From contig JBBQXJ010000073.1 of NCBI GenBank assembly GCA_038209745.1, positions 1 to 24,512 on the forward strand: 24,512 nucleotides of DNA, given 5' to 3'. This DNA is from Verrucomicrobiota bacterium. GTDB taxonomy: Bacteria > Verrucomicrobiota > Verrucomicrobiia > Limisphaerales > CANJSG01. Under the pieces are notes generated by a model. The model had not been told where the DNA came from. It did not search any database and saw only the letters and a list, made by a program, of their open reading frames with translations. A program made the position numbers and the translations under genes. Positions 1-9,454 of the stretch are shown piece by piece (position 1 is the stretch's first letter; the number at the start of each line of letters is the position of its first letter).

Positions 1-1
1 C

Positions 2-82
2 CTTCGGCGCATACTCGCAGCGCGTCACCCGCCACTGCCGGCCCAAACCGAGGAGTTCATGAAACAATTGCTCAGGTGTCAT
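2..82 (-). CDS. ISL3-family transposase, N-terminal fragment (runs off window)
   Basis: Manual translation from ATG at 82 gives MTPEQLFHELLGLGRQWRVTRCEYAPK, matching the 'LF..LLGL..W.V' N-terminus of ISL3 transposases. Upstream sequence is purine-rich (AAGGGGG). Not in the ORF track because it is partial. Confidence 0.72.
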   Translation of the reverse strand, partial: MTPEQLFHELLGLGRQWRVTRCEYAPK

Positions 83-107
83 CCCCCTTGCTGACCCATC
101 TCCTACC

Positions 108-135
108 CTCTACCCACTGAAAACAGCGAGGAACC
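108..135 (-). repeat. Left terminal inverted repeat of the ISL3 element
   Basis: 28-nt GGTTCCTCGCTGTTTTCAGTGGGTAGAG; the partner IR would lie outside the window and cannot be checked. Confidence 0.6.
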
Positions 136-222
136 ACAAAATGGGGAGCGAGGTTTCGCCGGAGAGACGCGCGACGAAACCAGGGAGGCCTTGGAGGCAG
201 CGAATCTTCGCGCGCGGAGCCG

Positions 223-885
223 TTAGCCTGTCGGATTGGCCTCGTGCCAGCGGACCGCCTCGCGCAGGAGTTCGGCGGCGTTGGAGAGCCGGAGCTTCTC
301 CTTGATGTGGGCGCAGTGGGCCTGGACGGTCTTCATGCTTACATGGAGCGATTCTGCCACTTTGCGGGTCTCGTAGCCGCGGCCGAGCAACTGGAACACC
401 TCGAGCTCACGGTCGCTCAACTGTTCCACGGGCGAACCGTCGGTGGGCAGACGGCCATCGAGAAAGGTTTCGGCGAAGGCCGCCGCCAGGGTCTCGCTCA
501 TGTAGAGCTTGCCGGCCAGCACGTGCCGGATCGCGACGACCACCTTCTTCGCCGTTTCCCGTTTCATGATGTAGCCGCGCGCCCCGGCCCGCAGCGCGCG
601 CTCCGCGTAGAGCCGTTCGTCATGCATGGACAGGACGATGACGGCGACGGAGGGGACGACTCGTTTGATGTTCTTGATGAGTTCGATTCCCGAGCCTTGC
701 CCAAGGGAAATGTCGACGATCGCCACGTCCGGCCGGATCTCGCCGATCATCCGCAGCGCCCGGGGAGCGTCCTCCGCCTCGCCGCAAACGACGAGGTCGG
801 GTTGCTGATGGATCAGTTGGGTCAGCCATTCGCGGACGAGGGGATGGTCGTCCACGAGGAAAACGGAGGTTTTAGCGTTGTCCAT
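223..885 (-). CDS. NarL/FixJ-family response regulator (REC + LuxR HTH)
   Basis: LVDDH acidic pocket, VDISL phospho-Asp, SMH, GYIMK, and C-terminal LSDRELEVFQLLGRG...SMKTVQAH LuxR-type HTH. Confidence 0.95.
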   Translation of the reverse strand: MDNAKTSVFLVDDHPLVREWLTQLIHQQPDLVVCGEAEDAPRALRMIGEIRPDVAIVDISLGQGSGIELIKNIKRVVPSVAVIVLSMHDERLYAERALRAGARGYIMKRETAKKVVVAIRHVLAGKLYMSETLAAAFAETFLDGRLPTDGSPVEQLSDRELEVFQLLGRGYETRKVAESLHVSMKTVQAHCAHIKEKLRLSNAAELLREAVRWHEANPTG

Positions 886-1936
886 TGAGAGGCGTTTCTG
901 TCGTGGGTTCGGCGTTCAGTTCGCAGGTGACCAGCGAGCCGCCGGCCGGCTCCCGGCGGGCGGAAAACCGGCCGCCGATCATGCCGGAACGATGGGCCAT
1001 GATCCGCAGGCCGAGGCCGCGGTTTTTCGGAAGGGGGTCGGGCAGGCCGCCGCCGTCGTCGCGGACCGAGAGCACGGTGCCCTCTTCGCTGGCGTCGAGA
1101 CGGATCACGATGTTCCTGGCCCTGCCGTGTTTGATGGCGTTGCCGACGGCCTCCTGGGCGATGCGATAGAGATGGCCGGCGGTCGCCGTGTCGTGGACGA
1201 GCACGGGCAGGTCGCATTCGAAGCGGCAGGAAACCTTGAACAGTTCGGTCGTGGTGGAGGCGTGTTGCTCGAGCGCCAACATCAATCCGTCGGCCTCCAT
1301 CTCCACCGGGTAGAGGCCCTTGGCCAGGCTTCGGGCGAGGTTGATGGCTTCTTCCATGAGGTCCACGACCTTGTCCGCGTCGGCCGCCTCCGGCCGGTTC
1401 ATCGCGGCCAGCTTCTCCTCCAGCACCTGCCCGGCGAGCGTCGCGCCGGTGAGATGCTGGCACAGGCCGTCGTGCAGGTCCTGGCCGATCCGGCGCTGCT
1501 CCCGTTCGCTGATCTCCAGCAGCTCGCACTCCAGCCGTTCTCGTTCCGCCATTTCCTCCGTGAGCGCGAGCGTCCGGTCCTGCACCTGTCTTTCGAGCGT
1601 CTGGTGGAACGTCCGCAGACGCGCCAGCAGCCAGACCACGACGAGGTAGAAGGTGAGCAGGATCATGGCGTTCCAGATAGGAACCAGGGGGCTGGAAAAC
1701 CGGGCGCCGCTGGCCAGGTCGCCCGCCACCCACACGCCCACGCTCAGGACCGAGACGAACGTCCCGAATCTCCAGCCCAACACCCAGCCCGCGAGCACCA
1801 CGCCCAGCAGGTAGAAGACGGAAAACGACAGCTCGTGACCGGTCAGGTAGTCCACCCAGCCGACCACGGCAACGAGCGTGGCGGAGCCCACCATCGTGCG
1901 GGTGCGGATGTCCGGCTGTTTTGCGGAATTCGCCAT
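872..1936 (-). CDS. Membrane sensor histidine kinase (HisKA_3, NarX/UhpB-like)
   Basis: About four N-terminal TM helices with very short loops, H-box EREQRRIGQDLHDGLCQHL, N-box YRIAQEAVGNAIKHG, D-box VRDDGGG, G-box GLGL. Overlaps the response regulator start by 14 nt. Confidence 0.93.
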   Translation of the reverse strand: MANSAKQPDIRTRTMVGSATLVAVVGWVDYLTGHELSFSVFYLLGVVLAGWVLGWRFGTFVSVLSVGVWVAGDLASGARFSSPLVPIWNAMILLTFYLVVVWLLARLRTFHQTLERQVQDRTLALTEEMAERERLECELLEISEREQRRIGQDLHDGLCQHLTGATLAGQVLEEKLAAMNRPEAADADKVVDLMEEAINLARSLAKGLYPVEMEADGLMLALEQHASTTTELFKVSCRFECDLPVLVHDTATAGHLYRIAQEAVGNAIKHGRARNIVIRLDASEEGTVLSVRDDGGGLPDPLPKNRGLGLRIMAHRSGMIGGRFSARREPAGGSLVTCELNAEPTTETPLNGQR

Positions 1937-2121
1937 GAATGTGGAATCGAGTGTCCGGCCCCCGCCTGTCGGGCACCAGTGGATTTGCGGATGGGTCCGA
2001 TAGGAAAAGGGGGAAGCGGTCCGCGAGCCGCGCTCTACTTTGCCTCCTGTGGATGTATCTGGTCCGGAGCAATGTCCGACTTTTTAACGGGCTTCCATCT
2101 GAACCGGGCCGGGCGTTCACA

Positions 2122-2136
2122 TAGGGCAATGCCCTA
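2122..2136. promoter_or_regulatory. Perfect 7-1-7 palindrome, candidate operator in the divergent promoter region
   Basis: TAGGGCA-A-TGCCCTA, about 40 bp upstream of the czcC-like start in the kinase/efflux intergenic region. Confidence 0.4.
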
Positions 2137-2177
2137 GGCCGGATTCATCCCGCGCCCGATAGGCGGCCGACGCCCCG

Positions 2178-3515
2178 ATGTGTTCGAGTCCGCCCGTGTC
2201 GTTTCGTGATTCATTCGAAAGGTTCCGCATCGTCGGGCTTTTCCTGGCCACGGTTTTGGGACTGGTCGAGCCGAGCGGGCTCGGGCAACCGCTCGTCGTC
2301 GGCACCAACCGGCTTTCTATGGCCGAGGCCCGGCGCACCGCCTTCGAGCGAAACTGGGATTTCCTCGCGGCCCGGAGCGGCGTGGACGAGGCTTCGGCCC
2401 AGTTGATGGTGGCGCGGGAGTTTCCCAATCCCACTCTGTCGCTTTCGACGTCGCGGATCGGCTCCCACGAAAACGGCACCGTGGCCGGAAACGGTTTCTG
2501 GAACCGGAGCTACGACACGATCGTCGCCCTGAACCAGTTGGTCGAGATCGGGGGCAAGCGCCGGGACCGGCAGGCTTCCGCCGGGGCCGGGGTGGCCGGG
2601 GCGAAGGCGCGTTTCCGCGAGGTGCGGAGGCAGCTGGACCAGGGAGTGGCCCGGGCCTACGTGGGCGCCCTTCTGGCCGAAGAGCGGGCGCGCGCGTTGG
2701 GCGAATCCGTCGGGATGCTCCAGCATGAGGCGGACATCGCGCAGGTTCGGCTCAAGGCGGGGGACATCTCGGATTCGGACGAGAAGCAGATCGCCAACGG
2801 CGCGGACGTCTTCGAACTGCAGGCCCGGTCGGCCGGGGCCGCCGCCGTCCAGGCGCGGATCGCGGTGGAAGTGCTGATGGGCGTCGAACATCCCGAGGGC
2901 GCTTGGATTCCGGCCGACACGCTGGCGGAAGCGGGCGCTGGCTTGAAGCGGGCGGAGCCCCCGGAAACGGGCGGAATGCGGCCCGATGTGGCCGCCGCCG
3001 AAGCGGATTTCCAGCGTTCCCAACACGATCTCGCGCTGGAGAAGGCGATGCGGATCCCCGATCCGACCGTCTCGCTGCTGGCCGAGCACAACCCGCCCGG
3101 CGGCGGGCCTGCGGCGGACACTTTCGGGATCGGCGTCTCGTTCCCGCTCCCGCTCTGGAGCCGGAACCGGGGACGCATCGAGGCCGCCAGGGCGAGGGTG
3201 GAGGAGAACGGAGCCGTCTTTGGCAAGGCCCGGGCGCAGGCCGCCGCCGACGTCGTCAATGCGCGTGTCGGCTACCGGGAGGCGGCCGAACGCCTCGACC
3301 GCTATCGGGACAAGATTCTCCCGAGATCCAAACAAGTCCGCGAGTCGGTCGCCTTCGCCTATGAAAAGGGCGGGGCGTCGCTCTTGGATCTCCTGGAGGT
3401 GCAACGGGCGGACAACGACGCCCGCTTGGCCACGGCCCAGGCGCAGGCGGACACGGCCGTCGCCATCGTCGATCTGAACGCCGCTTTGGACGTAGTGACC
3501 CCGCAGAACCCATGA
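2178..3515 (+). CDS. czcC: TolC/CzcC-family outer membrane efflux protein
   Basis: N-terminal hydrophobic signal region, OEP repeats (FPNPTLSL, QLVEIGGKR, SFPLPLWSRNRG, YEKGGASLLDLLEVQR). First gene of a CBA operon; exact start uncertain. Confidence 0.85.
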   Translation: MCSSPPVSFRDSFERFRIVGLFLATVLGLVEPSGLGQPLVVGTNRLSMAEARRTAFERNWDFLAARSGVDEASAQLMVAREFPNPTLSLSTSRIGSHENGTVAGNGFWNRSYDTIVALNQLVEIGGKRRDRQASAGAGVAGAKARFREVRRQLDQGVARAYVGALLAEERARALGESVGMLQHEADIAQVRLKAGDISDSDEKQIANGADVFELQARSAGAAAVQARIAVEVLMGVEHPEGAWIPADTLAEAGAGLKRAEPPETGGMRPDVAAAEADFQRSQHDLALEKAMRIPDPTVSLLAEHNPPGGGPAADTFGIGVSFPLPLWSRNRGRIEAARARVEENGAVFGKARAQAAADVVNARVGYREAAERLDRYRDKILPRSKQVRESVAFAYEKGGASLLDLLEVQRADNDARLATAQAQADTAVAIVDLNAALDVVTPQNP

Positions 3516-4645
3516 AACCCTTCCATCTTTTCCAAGCCATCGCTCTTGCCGCACTGCTCGCAGGATGCCGCCGTGAATCTGTGCAGGAGGAGACTCCGGC
3601 GGCGGCGGTCTCCGGGGAATCGATCACGTTCCCGACGAATTCCCCGCAGTTGGCGGTGCTGGAAATCGCTCCGGTCGAATCGCGTCAACGGGCGGGCCTC
3701 CAGCTTTCCGGTCGCCTCACTTGGGACGACGATCTGACAGTGCGTGTCTTCACGCCGTTTGCCGGCCGGGTTCGGCGGATCATCGCGGACGTTGGGCGGA
3801 CGGTTGCAAAGGGGGCGCCGCTGGCGGAGGTCGAGTCGTCCGATTTCGGGATGGCCCAGGCGGACGCCCGAAAGGCGGAGAGCGATCTGCGCCTCGCGCG
3901 CCTCAATCTGACGCGGTTGCGCGAGCTGTCCTCCCACGGAGCCGCTGCACAGAAGGATTTGGACGCCGCTGCCGCCGGTGAAGAGCTGGCTTCCTCCGAG
4001 CGCACTCGCGCAGTGTCGCGGTTGGCGCTCTACGGTGCCGGCGTGGATTCGGCGGACGGCGTGTTCGTGCTCCTGAGCCCGATCACCGGAACGGTCGTGG
4101 AGAAGAACCTCAGTCCGGGGCAGGAGATCCGGCCGGACATGATGCTGGCGAACGCGCTCCAGTTCACTCTGCCGCTCTTCGTCGTGAGCGACCCGTCGCG
4201 TCTCTGGATCCAGATCGACGCGACGGAGGCCGACCTGTCGCGTCTTCAGCCGGAACAAAAGTTTACCTTTTCCGCCAGGGCGTTCCCCGGCCAGAGCTTC
4301 ACCGGGCGGGTCGATACCGTCTCTGGATCCATCGATCCCGCCACGCGCACGATCAAGGTGCGCGGCACGGTGGACAACGCGCCGGCCCGGCTGAAGGCGG
4401 AGATGTTCGTGTCGGTGGGCATGCCGGGAGTCGGCACGGCGGCCGTCAGCGTGGCCTCCAAGGCGGTCTTCCTGAGCGGCAGCCGGCATTTTGTCTTCGT
4501 CGAGGAACAGCCCGGGCGTTTCAAGCGCCAGGAAGTGGATGTCGGCGACGAACAGGGAGGACGCGTGTGGATCGTAGGCGGTCTGCGAGAGGGCCAGCAG
4601 GTCGTGACGGATGGCTGCGTGCTGTTGCAGCAGTTGATGGAATGA
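3512..4645 (+). CDS. czcB: RND efflux periplasmic adaptor (CzcB-like MFP), lipoprotein
   Basis: Lipobox LAGC after the signal peptide; MFP motifs (PFAGRV, SPITGTVVE, IDPATRTIKVR, LKAEMF, GLREGQQVV); ATGA overlap with the upstream OMF stop. Confidence 0.88.
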   Translation: MKPFHLFQAIALAALLAGCRRESVQEETPAAAVSGESITFPTNSPQLAVLEIAPVESRQRAGLQLSGRLTWDDDLTVRVFTPFAGRVRRIIADVGRTVAKGAPLAEVESSDFGMAQADARKAESDLRLARLNLTRLRELSSHGAAAQKDLDAAAAGEELASSERTRAVSRLALYGAGVDSADGVFVLLSPITGTVVEKNLSPGQEIRPDMMLANALQFTLPLFVVSDPSRLWIQIDATEADLSRLQPEQKFTFSARAFPGQSFTGRVDTVSGSIDPATRTIKVRGTVDNAPARLKAEMFVSVGMPGVGTAAVSVASKAVFLSGSRHFVFVEEQPGRFKRQEVDVGDEQGGRVWIVGGLREGQQVVTDGCVLLQQLME

Positions 4646-4693
4646 CGAGGCCTGTCCGGATCGACCCTCTCCCACCAATCACTCCTTTTTCAC

Positions 4694-7600
4694 ATGATCA
4701 AGCGTGTCGTCAGTTTTGCCCTGCACCAGCCGCTCTTCATCGTCCTGGCCACGATCCTGTTCATCGGCGGCGGACTGGCCGCGTTCCACAATCTGCCGAT
4801 CGAGGCTTTTCCCGATGTCTCGGACATCCAGGTCAACGTCATCACCCTCTTTCCCGGCCGCGCGCCGGACGAGGTGGAGAAGCAGGTCACGATGCCGATC
4901 GAGACCGTTTTGAACGGGGTGCCGCACCTGGTGCGGATGTTCTCGCACACCCAGTTCGGCCTGTCCTTCATCATGCTGACCTTCGACGAGCGGACGACGG
5001 ACACCCAGGCGCGCCAGCAGGTTCTGGAACGGCTCGCCGGCGCCGATCTGCCGCAGGGGGTCCAGTCGCAGCTTGCGCCGCTCTCGACCGCCATCGGTGA
5101 GATCTATCGCTACACTCTGAAAGGCTCCGGTTCCACCTCGCGCGATCTCCGAGCGATGGAGGACTGGGTGGTGGAGCGAAACATCCGCGCCGTGCCGGGC
5201 ATCGCCGACGTCGTCACCATCGGTGGCCTGGTGAAGACCTACGAGGTCAATCCGGATCTGGCCCGGATGCGCTACTACGGCGTCTCTTTGCAACAGCTCT
5301 ACACGGCGCTGGGTCGTGGGAACGCGAACGTGGGAGGCAGCAAGGTCACCGAAGGTTCGCAGCAGTATCTCATCCGCGGCGTCGGCCTGCTCCGGTCTCC
5401 GGCCGAAATCCGGGAAATCGTCATCGCCGCGCACAACGGCACGCCGGTTCTGGTGGGTGACATCGCCGACGTGACGGTGGCGAACGTGCCGCCGGAGGGC
5501 ATCGCGGGTCAGGACGACAAGGACGACGTGGTCAACGGCGTCGTCGTGATGCGCAAAGGGGAAAATCCTTCCGAGGTGCTCGGAGCCCTCAAAGCCCGGA
5601 TCGAACTGCTCAACTCCTCCATCCTGCCGAAGGGGGTGAAGATAGTCCCCTACTACGACCGCGCCTGGCTCATCGGGACCACGCTGCACACCGTGTTCGA
5701 GAACCTCGCCACGGGAGCGATGCTGGTGACTCTCGTGCTTCTGATCTTCCTGGGGAACATCCGTGCGGCCGCCATTGTCGCGCTGATGATTCCATTGTCC
5801 TTGTTGGCGACTTTTGTGGGTCTGACCTGGCGGGGCATCCCGGCCAACCTGCTGTCCCTCGGCGCGATGGACTTCGGAATTATCGTCGATGGCGCGGTCA
5901 TCGTGGTCGAAAACGTCTTTCGACGCCTGGGTGAGATGAAGGAGGGCAGCGACAGAAAAACGTTCCGGGCGACCATCGAGCGGGCGACCATCGAGGTGGG
6001 AAGGCCGACCTTCTTCTCGATGCTCATCATCATCGCGGCGCACATCCCGATCTTCACGCTGCAACGCCACGAGGGCCGCATCTTCGCTCCGATGGCCTGG
6101 ACCGTGACGAGTGCGCTGGTCGGCTCGCTGCTCCTATCGTTGACCCTTGTGCCGTTGCTCTGCTTTTTCCTGTTGCGGAAGAAGATCCCGCACGGGGAGA
6201 ACGCGGTCGTCCGTTTCATCAAGAAGCCCTACCTGTCGGCGCTGCAGGCCGCGTTGGCCCATCCCCGCTGGGTCATCGTCCTGGCGCTGGCCGGGTTCGT
6301 TGCGAGCATGGCGGCCTCCGCGAGGCTCGGTTCGGAATTCCTGCCGGAACTGAACGAGGGCAGCATCTGGGTCAACGCCAACCTGCCGGCCAGCGTCTCC
6401 GTCGAACAGGCCCGCGAGTATTGCCGCAAGATTCGCGAGATCATCCGGAAGACCCCGGAGGTGCGCACGTTGATCTCCAAGGCGGGCCGTCCCGAGGATG
6501 GCACCGATCCCAAACCGATCAACATGGCGGAGATCTTCGTGGACCTGAAGCCTCCCGGGGAATGGAAGCGGGGCCTCACCAAGGAGCAGGTGATCGCCGA
6601 GATGGACCACAATCTCGACGCGCTGCCGGGCATCGACACCAGTTTCTCGCAGCCCATCCGCGACAACGTGCTGGAAAGCATTTCGCAGATCGACGGCCAG
6701 GTGGTGATCAAGGTGTTCGGCGACGACTCCGCCGCGCTGCGCCGAAAGGCGGCCGAGATGCTCAAGTCCGTGGCCGATGTCCGAGGGGTCCAGACCGCCT
6801 CCATCGACCGCGCCGGCGAGGTGCCCCAGGCGGTGATCGAGATCGACCGCGCGAGCGCGGCCCGCTACGGGTTGAACGTGGGCGACGTCGAGGATGTCAT
6901 CGAGATCGGCCTCGCCGGCAAGGGAGCCACCGAACTATGGGAGGGCGAAAAGCATTTCAGCATCGTGGTCCGTCTGCCGGAGGCGGAACGCAGCCTCGAC
7001 AAGCTGAAAAAGATGCTGGTGGACACTCCGGACGGGCTGCACATCCCGCTCGAACAGGTTGCCTCCTTCAAGACCGCCGGGGGCAGCATGAACATCAGCC
7101 GCGAGAACGGCACGCGGCTTTCCGCCATCAGCATCTTCATCAAGGGACGCGACATGGGTAGCGTCGTGGCCGACATGCAGGCGCGCATTGCGAAGATCAC
7201 CCTGCCGCATGGCTGGTTCGTGACCTGGAGCGGCGAGTTCGAGAACCAGCAGCGCGCGATGAAGCGTCTGGCGGTCATCGTCCCGATCAGCATCTTCCTG
7301 ATTTTCCTCCTGCTGTTCGACGCCTTCAAATCGATGAAGAGCGCCCTGTTGATCCTGGTCAACGTGCCGCTCGGACTGATTGGCGGAATCGTCGCGCTGC
7401 TGCTCACGGGCATACCCCTGAGCGTTTCGGCGGCGATCGGCTTCATCGCGCTCTTCGGTCAGGCGGTCCTCAACGGGGTGGTCATGGTGAGCTCCTTCAA
7501 CCAGCTCCAGGACGAGGGGCTTTCTCCCCGAGAAGCCGTTCTGGAGGGGGCCGGGACGCGTTTGCGGACGGTGTTGATGACGGCGATGCTCGCGATCTTG

Positions 7601-7771
7601 GGTCTGTTGCCGATGGCGCTTTCGCACGGCATCGGTTCGGAAACCCAGCGACCTCTGGCCGTCGTCATCATCGGGGGTCTGGTGTCCGCCACCTTGTTGA
7701 CCCTCCTGATTCTTCCGACGCTCTATCTGCTCTTCGAAGGCCGGGCGGAGGTGCCCGATCCAGAGCCGTGA
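4694..7771 (+). CDS. czcA: CusA/CzcA-family heavy-metal efflux RND permease
   Basis: 1025 aa; LPIEAFPD, TM4 LSLGAMDFGIIVDGAVIVVEN (CzcA-like DFG...D...EN rather than the CusA type), EFLPELNEG, RLRTVLMTA, GSETQRPLAVVIIGG. Confidence 0.92.
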   Translation: MIKRVVSFALHQPLFIVLATILFIGGGLAAFHNLPIEAFPDVSDIQVNVITLFPGRAPDEVEKQVTMPIETVLNGVPHLVRMFSHTQFGLSFIMLTFDERTTDTQARQQVLERLAGADLPQGVQSQLAPLSTAIGEIYRYTLKGSGSTSRDLRAMEDWVVERNIRAVPGIADVVTIGGLVKTYEVNPDLARMRYYGVSLQQLYTALGRGNANVGGSKVTEGSQQYLIRGVGLLRSPAEIREIVIAAHNGTPVLVGDIADVTVANVPPEGIAGQDDKDDVVNGVVVMRKGENPSEVLGALKARIELLNSSILPKGVKIVPYYDRAWLIGTTLHTVFENLATGAMLVTLVLLIFLGNIRAAAIVALMIPLSLLATFVGLTWRGIPANLLSLGAMDFGIIVDGAVIVVENVFRRLGEMKEGSDRKTFRATIERATIEVGRPTFFSMLIIIAAHIPIFTLQRHEGRIFAPMAWTVTSALVGSLLLSLTLVPLLCFFLLRKKIPHGENAVVRFIKKPYLSALQAALAHPRWVIVLALAGFVASMAASARLGSEFLPELNEGSIWVNANLPASVSVEQAREYCRKIREIIRKTPEVRTLISKAGRPEDGTDPKPINMAEIFVDLKPPGEWKRGLTKEQVIAEMDHNLDALPGIDTSFSQPIRDNVLESISQIDGQVVIKVFGDDSAALRRKAAEMLKSVADVRGVQTASIDRAGEVPQAVIEIDRASAARYGLNVGDVEDVIEIGLAGKGATELWEGEKHFSIVVRLPEAERSLDKLKKMLVDTPDGLHIPLEQVASFKTAGGSMNISRENGTRLSAISIFIKGRDMGSVVADMQARIAKITLPHGWFVTWSGEFENQQRAMKRLAVIVPISIFLIFLLLFDAFKSMKSALLILVNVPLGLIGGIVALLLTGIPLSVSAAIGFIALFGQAVLNGVVMVSSFNQLQDEGLSPREAVLEGAGTRLRTVLMTAMLAILGLLPMALSHGIGSETQRPLAVVIIGGLVSATLLTLLILPTLYLLFEGRAEVPDPEP

Positions 7772-7894
7772 GCGGGTCTTCCAGGAAAATAGCGCTCCGG
7801 GTCCGGATTTGTCGGTCGATGATGCGCTCGGGCCTTCCGTCTGAAGCGTGGTCCCTGTGCGGACGATTTGCGCCAGGGCCGGCGGGGAATGAGC

Positions 7895-9346
7895 TCAGCG
7901 ACTGCCTGGCGCCTCGACGATGCGCCGCATCTCCGCCTTCAAGCGCGCGACGATGTCCGGCTTTTCGAGATAGAGGTTCTTGGTCTCGCCCAGATCGTCG
8001 CGGAGGTTGTAGAGCTGCCCCTCGGGTTCGCCGGGCTTGGCCTTGATCGACGCGGGTTTGGAGAAGCCGCCGGAGCCGAGTCCGTGGATCAGTTTCCAGT
8101 CGCCGGAGCGGATCATCATCGCGGATGGGACGCTTCCGGCCTGCATTACGATGGGGCCGCGGATGGGCTTGTCGGGAGGCTGGACGCCCTGCAACACGGG
8201 CAGAAAGCTGAAGCTGTCGGGTCCGGCGCCGTCGGGGAGTTTCGCGCCGGACACGTCCGCCAGCGTGGCGAGGACGTCGGTGAAACAAAGGGTCTGACCG
8301 GAGACCGTGCCCGGTTTGACCCGACCGGGCCAACGGACGATGAACGGCATCCGGTGTCCGCCCTCCCACGCATCGGATTTCATGCCGCGCAATTTGCCGG
8401 CGGACGCGTGCCCGAGCCTCGTGACGTCGGCCCCAGACCAGACCGGGCCGTTGTCCGAGGTGAAGAGGAGGAGGGTGTCCTTGGCCATGTCCGTCTTGGC
8501 CAAGGACGCGAGGATGCGGCCGATTTCGGCGTCCACCATTGTCGCGAAGTCGCCATACGTTCCGGCGCCGCTCGTGCCGGCGAATTCAGCGGAGGGCAGC
8601 CAGGGCGTGTGCGGCGCGGTGAAGGCGACATAGAGCATCAACGGCTTGTCGGCATCCCTGTTCCCATGGCCGTGCGAGTCGATGATCTGGAGCGCTTCGT
8701 CCGTCAGTCGGGGCAGCACTTCGTCGAGCGTCAGTCCCGGGGCGATCCCGCCTTCGCGCCAGAACGCGCCTTGGATCGGCGACCAACCTTCAGAACGGTT
8801 TGCGCCGATGTGATCGGTGGGCGGAACCAGCGCGCGGTCTCCGCGGATGTAGAAATAGGGCGGAATGTCCGTGGACGCGCGCAGTCCGAAGAAGCTGTCG
8901 AAACCGCAGTCCAACGGACCGCCAGGCAAGGGCTTGTCGTAGCCGCTCTCCTGGAATCCGAGATGCCATTTCCCGACCATCGCGGTGTGATAGCCCTTGG
9001 ATCGGAGCAGCGACGCGATCGTCGTTTGACCCGTCTCGATCAGCGGTTTTTTGGGCCAGACCGAGACGTCGGTGCGGAAAGGGTAGCGTCCGGTGATCAA
9101 TCCGTAGCGGGAGGGGTGGCAGAGCGGTCCGGGCGCGTGGGCGTCGGTAAAGCGCATGCCCTCCCGGGCGAGACGGTCGATGTTGGGCGTCGCGATCTTC
9201 GATGCCGGGTTGTAGCAGCCGGGGTCGCCATACCCCATGTCGTCGACCAGCAGAATGACGATGTTGGGCCGGTGCGGCGCGGTGGCCGAATGGATGGCGA
9301 AGGGCGAGAGGAAGAGGGCGATGCAGAATACGAAGCCAACCTTCAT
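7895..9346 (-). CDS. Secreted Cys-type (formylglycine) sulfatase, S1 family
   Basis: Signal peptide, PNIVILLVDDMGYGD, CxPSR motif LCHPSRYGLITGRY, GKWHLG, APHTP, SDNG, EGGHRMP, QLYNLRDDLGE. Confidence 0.93.
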   Translation of the reverse strand: MKVGFVFCIALFLSPFAIHSATAPHRPNIVILLVDDMGYGDPGCYNPASKIATPNIDRLAREGMRFTDAHAPGPLCHPSRYGLITGRYPFRTDVSVWPKKPLIETGQTTIASLLRSKGYHTAMVGKWHLGFQESGYDKPLPGGPLDCGFDSFFGLRASTDIPPYFYIRGDRALVPPTDHIGANRSEGWSPIQGAFWREGGIAPGLTLDEVLPRLTDEALQIIDSHGHGNRDADKPLMLYVAFTAPHTPWLPSAEFAGTSGAGTYGDFATMVDAEIGRILASLAKTDMAKDTLLLFTSDNGPVWSGADVTRLGHASAGKLRGMKSDAWEGGHRMPFIVRWPGRVKPGTVSGQTLCFTDVLATLADVSGAKLPDGAGPDSFSFLPVLQGVQPPDKPIRGPIVMQAGSVPSAMMIRSGDWKLIHGLGSGGFSKPASIKAKPGEPEGQLYNLRDDLGETKNLYLEKPDIVARLKAEMRRIVEAPGSR

Positions 9347-9423
9347 TTGGATGAAGCGAGTCTCGGGAACGGATCAATGGTCGGCCGCGCTCAATGCGCG
9401 CAAGCCCAGGGAGATTTCGGTTT

Positions 9424-9454
9424 GAGCGGGCGGTCCAAGGGCGGCCGCCCGCTC
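9424..9454. other. GC-rich hairpin between the CBM48 gene and the sulfatase
   Basis: GAGCGGGCGG (9424-9433) and CCGCCCGCTC (9445-9454) form a perfect 10-bp stem. No U-tract follows on the coding (-) strand, so it is not a canonical intrinsic terminator. Confidence 0.4.

Larger units (their letters stand above)
1..135 (-). mobile_element. ISL3-family insertion sequence, left end (truncated by window start)
   Basis: The minus strand from 135 reads GGTTCCTCGCTGTTTTCAGTGGGTAGAG, resembling ISL3-family terminal IRs (GGCTC/GGTTC...GTAGAG). About 50 bp inside is an ORF start typical of ISL3 transposases. The flank ACAAAATG (136-143) is AT-rich, consistent with ISL3 8-bp targets. Confidence 0.75.

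Noticed and set aside
822..2137. Alternative-frame ORFs over the histidine kinase (435 aa -, 419 aa +)
   Set aside because: Arg/Gly/Pro-rich off-frame translations overlapping a clear kinase.
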